Source: Oopsacas minuta (lineage: Eukaryota > Animalia > Porifera). From it: a stretch of DNA of 64,000 nucleotides. Within the stretch, counting starts at the first letter, position 1; each line of letters begins with the position of its first letter. This document shows positions 60,701 to 64,000 of the stretch, piece by piece. Location: assembly GCA_024704765.1 (NCBI GenBank), contig JAKMXF010000034.1:1-64000 (forward strand). The letters run 5' to 3'. The position numbers and the translations under genes were made by a program. The notes beneath the pieces were generated by a model that was given only the letters and a program-made list of their open reading frames with translations, ran no database searches and was not told the origin of the DNA.

Positions 60701-63362
60701 CTTGTAATCCAGTCAGATCAACAGAAATTTGTGTTTCAGCTGGATAGTTTGAATTTGGTGCATTTACCATTACAAACTGAGGATTAGTATCAAATATCTC
60801 TCCTGTATAGCTGATATTATACATGAGATCACGTCCATTCTGATCTATTGCAGGAGGAGGATTAAATGTTACTCTAATAGATGTAGCACTCAATGCTACC
60901 GTCATTACGTTTTGAGGTGTTTCACTGGGAGCTATTAGGAATATAAACAAATAATAGATAAATTTTTGCAAAACTCTGTTTTCCAAGGGAAAAAGAATAT
61001 ATTATTGAAATTGAGGATGATTCAGAGAACCATCTCTTATACGTGTATAGTCAGTAAATTTTACAGTGTATTATCACTATCCTGCACTCTTTTACATACA
61101 AGATTATTTCTTATACAAAGCAAAAGGACATTATTAGCAAATTGATTCACATCTCACCTGCGATATCTGTCAACTGTACTACGTCATCAGTGTATTCACT
61201 TGTTCCTGCTACATTAATAGCTCTAACACTAATAGTATAATTGTTATATTCTTGTAATCCAGTTAGATTAACAGAAATTTGTGTATCAGCTGGATAGTTT
61301 GAATTTGGTGCATTTACCATTACAAACTGAGTATTAGTATCAAATATCTCTCCTGTATAGCTGATATTATACATCAGATCAGGTCCATTCTGATCTATTG
61401 CAGGAGGAGGATCAAATGTTACTCTAATAGAATTAGCACTCAATGTTTCTGTCATTACGTTTTGTGGTGTTTCACTGGGAGCTATGAAGAATACAATTAT
61501 AATTATATAGTTTAAAATATGTAGCTCAATGTGTATGTATAACTATTGAATTAGTTTATTGATTATACTGAATTAGATCAATTAATCTCACCTGCTTCAT
61601 TAGTTAACTGCACTACTCCATTAGTGTATTCACTTGTTCCTGCTACATTAATAGCTCTAACACTAATAGTATAATTGTTATATTCTTGTAATCCAGTTAG
61701 ATCAATAGAAATTTGTGTATCAGCTGGATAGTTTGAATTTGGTGCATTTACCATTACAAACTGAGGATCAGTATCAAATATCTCTCCTGTATAGCTGATA
61801 TTATACATGAGATCAGGTCCATTCTGATCTATTCCAGGAGGAGGATCAAATGTTACTCTAATAGATGTAGCACTCAATGCTACTGTCATTACGTTTTGAG
61901 GTGTTTCACTGGGAGCTATTAGGAATATAAACAAATAATAGATAAAATTTTGCAAAACTTTGTTTTCAAAGGGAAAAAGAATATATTATTGAAATTAAGA
62001 GCGATTCAGAGAACCATCTCTTATACGAATATAGTCAGTAAATTTTACAGTGCATTATCACTATTAATTATTTCTTATACAAAAAAAGGACATTATTAGC
62101 AAATTGATTCACATCTCACCTGCGATATCTGTCAACTGTACTACTCCATCTGTGTATTCACTTGTTCCTTCTACATTAATAGCTCTAACACTAATAGTAT
62201 AATTGTTATATTCTTGTAATCCAGTTAGATTAACAGAAATTTGTGTATCAGCTGGATAGTTTGAATTTGGTGCATTTACCATTACAAACTGAGTATTATT
62301 ATCAAATATCTCTCCTGTATAGCTGATATTATACATCAGATCAGGTCCATTCTGATCTATTGCAGGAGGAGGATCAAATGTTACTCTAATAGAATTAGCA
62401 CTCAATGTTTCTGTCATTACGTTTTGAGGTGTTTCACTGGGAGCTATTAGGAATATAAACAAATAATAGATAAAATTTTGCAAAACTCTGTTTTCAAAGG
62501 GAAAAAGAATATATTATTGAAATTGAGGATGATTCAGAGAACCATCTCTTATACGTATATAGTCAGTAAATTTTACAGTGTATTATTACTACCCTGTACT
62601 CTTTACAAACAAGATTATTTCTTATACAAAGCAAAAGGACACTATTAGCAAACTGATTCACATCTCACCTGCGATATCTGTCAACTGCACTACTCCATCT
62701 GTATATTCACTTGTTCCTTCTAAATTAAAAGCTCTAACACTAATAGTATAATTGTTATATTCTTGTAATCCAGTTAGATTAACAGAAATTTGTGTATCAG
62801 CTGGATAGTTTGAATTTGGTGCATTTACCATTACAAACTGAGTATTATTATCAAATATCTCTCCTGTATAGCTGATATTATACATCAGATCAGGTCCATT
62901 CTGATCTATTGCAGGAGGAGGATCAAATGTTACTCTAATAGAATTAGCACTCAATGTTTCTGTCATTACGTTTTGTGGTGTTTCACTGGGAGCTATGAAG
63001 AATACAATTATAATTATATAGTTTAAAATATGTAGCTCAATGTGTATGTATAACTATTGAATTAGTTTATTGATTATACTGAATTAGATCAATTAATCTC
63101 ACCTGCGATATTAGTCAACTGCACTACTCCATTAGTGTATTCACTTGTTCCTGCTACATTAATAGCTCTAACACTAATAGTATAATTGTTATATTCTTGT
63201 AATCCAGTTAGATTAACAGAAATTTGTGTATCAGCTGGATAGTTTGAATTTGGTGCATTTACCATTACAAACTGAGTATTAGTATCAAATATCTCTCCTG
63301 TATAGCTGATATTATACATCAGATCAGGTCCATTCTGATCTATTGCAGGAGGAGGATCAAAT
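57745..63362 (-). CDS. FN3-repeat type I receptor, 5' end missing (broken at the N at 63363); shares its TM/tail exon with the giant Ig gene
   Basis: Minus-strand exons: 63103-63362 (partial), 62669-62992, 62120-62443, 61592-61915, 61158-61481, 60608-60931, 60113-60433, 59496-59870, 59043-59363, 57828-58585 and probably 57745-57753. The FN3 exons are phase 1-1 with GT-AG ends. Confidence 0.86.
60608..63362 (-). repeat. Tandem array of six near-identical 324-nt FN3 exons with two recurring intron types
   Basis: APSETPQNVMT...DLMYNISYTGEIFD...LTGLQEYNNYTISVRAIN...EYT repeats. Introns are 226/204/225 nt (type X) and 110/110 nt (type Y). Confidence 0.93.
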
Positions 63363-64000
63363 NACGTTATATATCATAAAATCATCAAAAAGAAACTGGG
63401 TTCACCCTAAAATGATGTTTCTTATTTATCAATATCTATCAAATAATTATCTATAATGAATATTATAGAATTTATGGTGTAAACTGTAAACTCACCAAAA
63501 AAATCGATTTTTCTCAGAATTTTCTGTGTGTTTTTGCAATAGGAATAACGTTGAATTAACGATGTTATTAACGAAGCCGTCTATTTATGGCTTGCTGTTA
63601 TTTGATTTTGCCTAATCTCAACTTGTAATTCAATATAAGATCACTAGGATATCAAGTAATTCCAACTATGGAGGAAAGACATATTTGTGTATTAACCTTT
63701 AAACCCCATGATTAGTACCTAATCAGTATGTAGGAGTTAAGAAATAGTTACATTTAGTTGACTCCTACCAACTTATGAGATTGCAGATTCTATCTATACT
63801 CCAATTGGTACTAAGTACTTAGCTGGTGTTGTTCTATATTTATGCACAGCTGCACAAACTTTCTAACAAGGGCCCATGCAGTATTGAGAAGGAGTTCAAA
63901 CATATCTTTTGCATTAGCTCTATAGCGCTGTAACCAAGCCAGCCAGGGGACTTAAGCCACCCGCGAGTTCGGTGCCTATGTTGATGCGAGATTCTACTAC

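Noticed and set aside
60608-63362. Regularly spaced repeats as a possible CRISPR-like or satellite array
   Set aside because: The units are 324-nt coding FN3 exons with splice sites, not short repeats with unique spacers.

Overview
AT-rich, gene-dense, intron-poor animal DNA with GT-AG introns. It is most likely a sponge and resembles a compact glass-sponge genome such as Oopsacas; this is inferred from gene content and style. No prokaryotic features, CRISPR arrays or rRNA were seen. Intronless genes: RBFOX, mitochondrial-type TrpRS, NAA20, an SLC18B1-like MFS transporter, a heparan-sulfate 3-O-sulfotransferase, three NHL-repeat genes, a divergent Rab, RPAP1 (one frameshift), FAIM, SNIP1 and a FERM-PTP pseudophosphatase. 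Two structures stand out once exons are joined by hand. (1) An 8-exon, 737-aa LOXL2/3/4-type lysyl oxidase (4 SRCR + LOX domain, 7962-30026) has a 15,855-nt fifth intron holding six nested genes, four of them on the host strand. (2) A convergent receptor pair: a ~3,444-aa Ig/FN3 protein encoded mostly by one 9.6-kb exon, and an FN3 receptor built from tandem 324-nt phase-1 exons. The two share a near-identical transmembrane and tyrosine-motif (ITIM-like) tail through a 1.33-kb inverted duplication. Many small TIR elements (MITEs) and repeat relics fill the gaps. There is one N at 63363, probably an assembly join.
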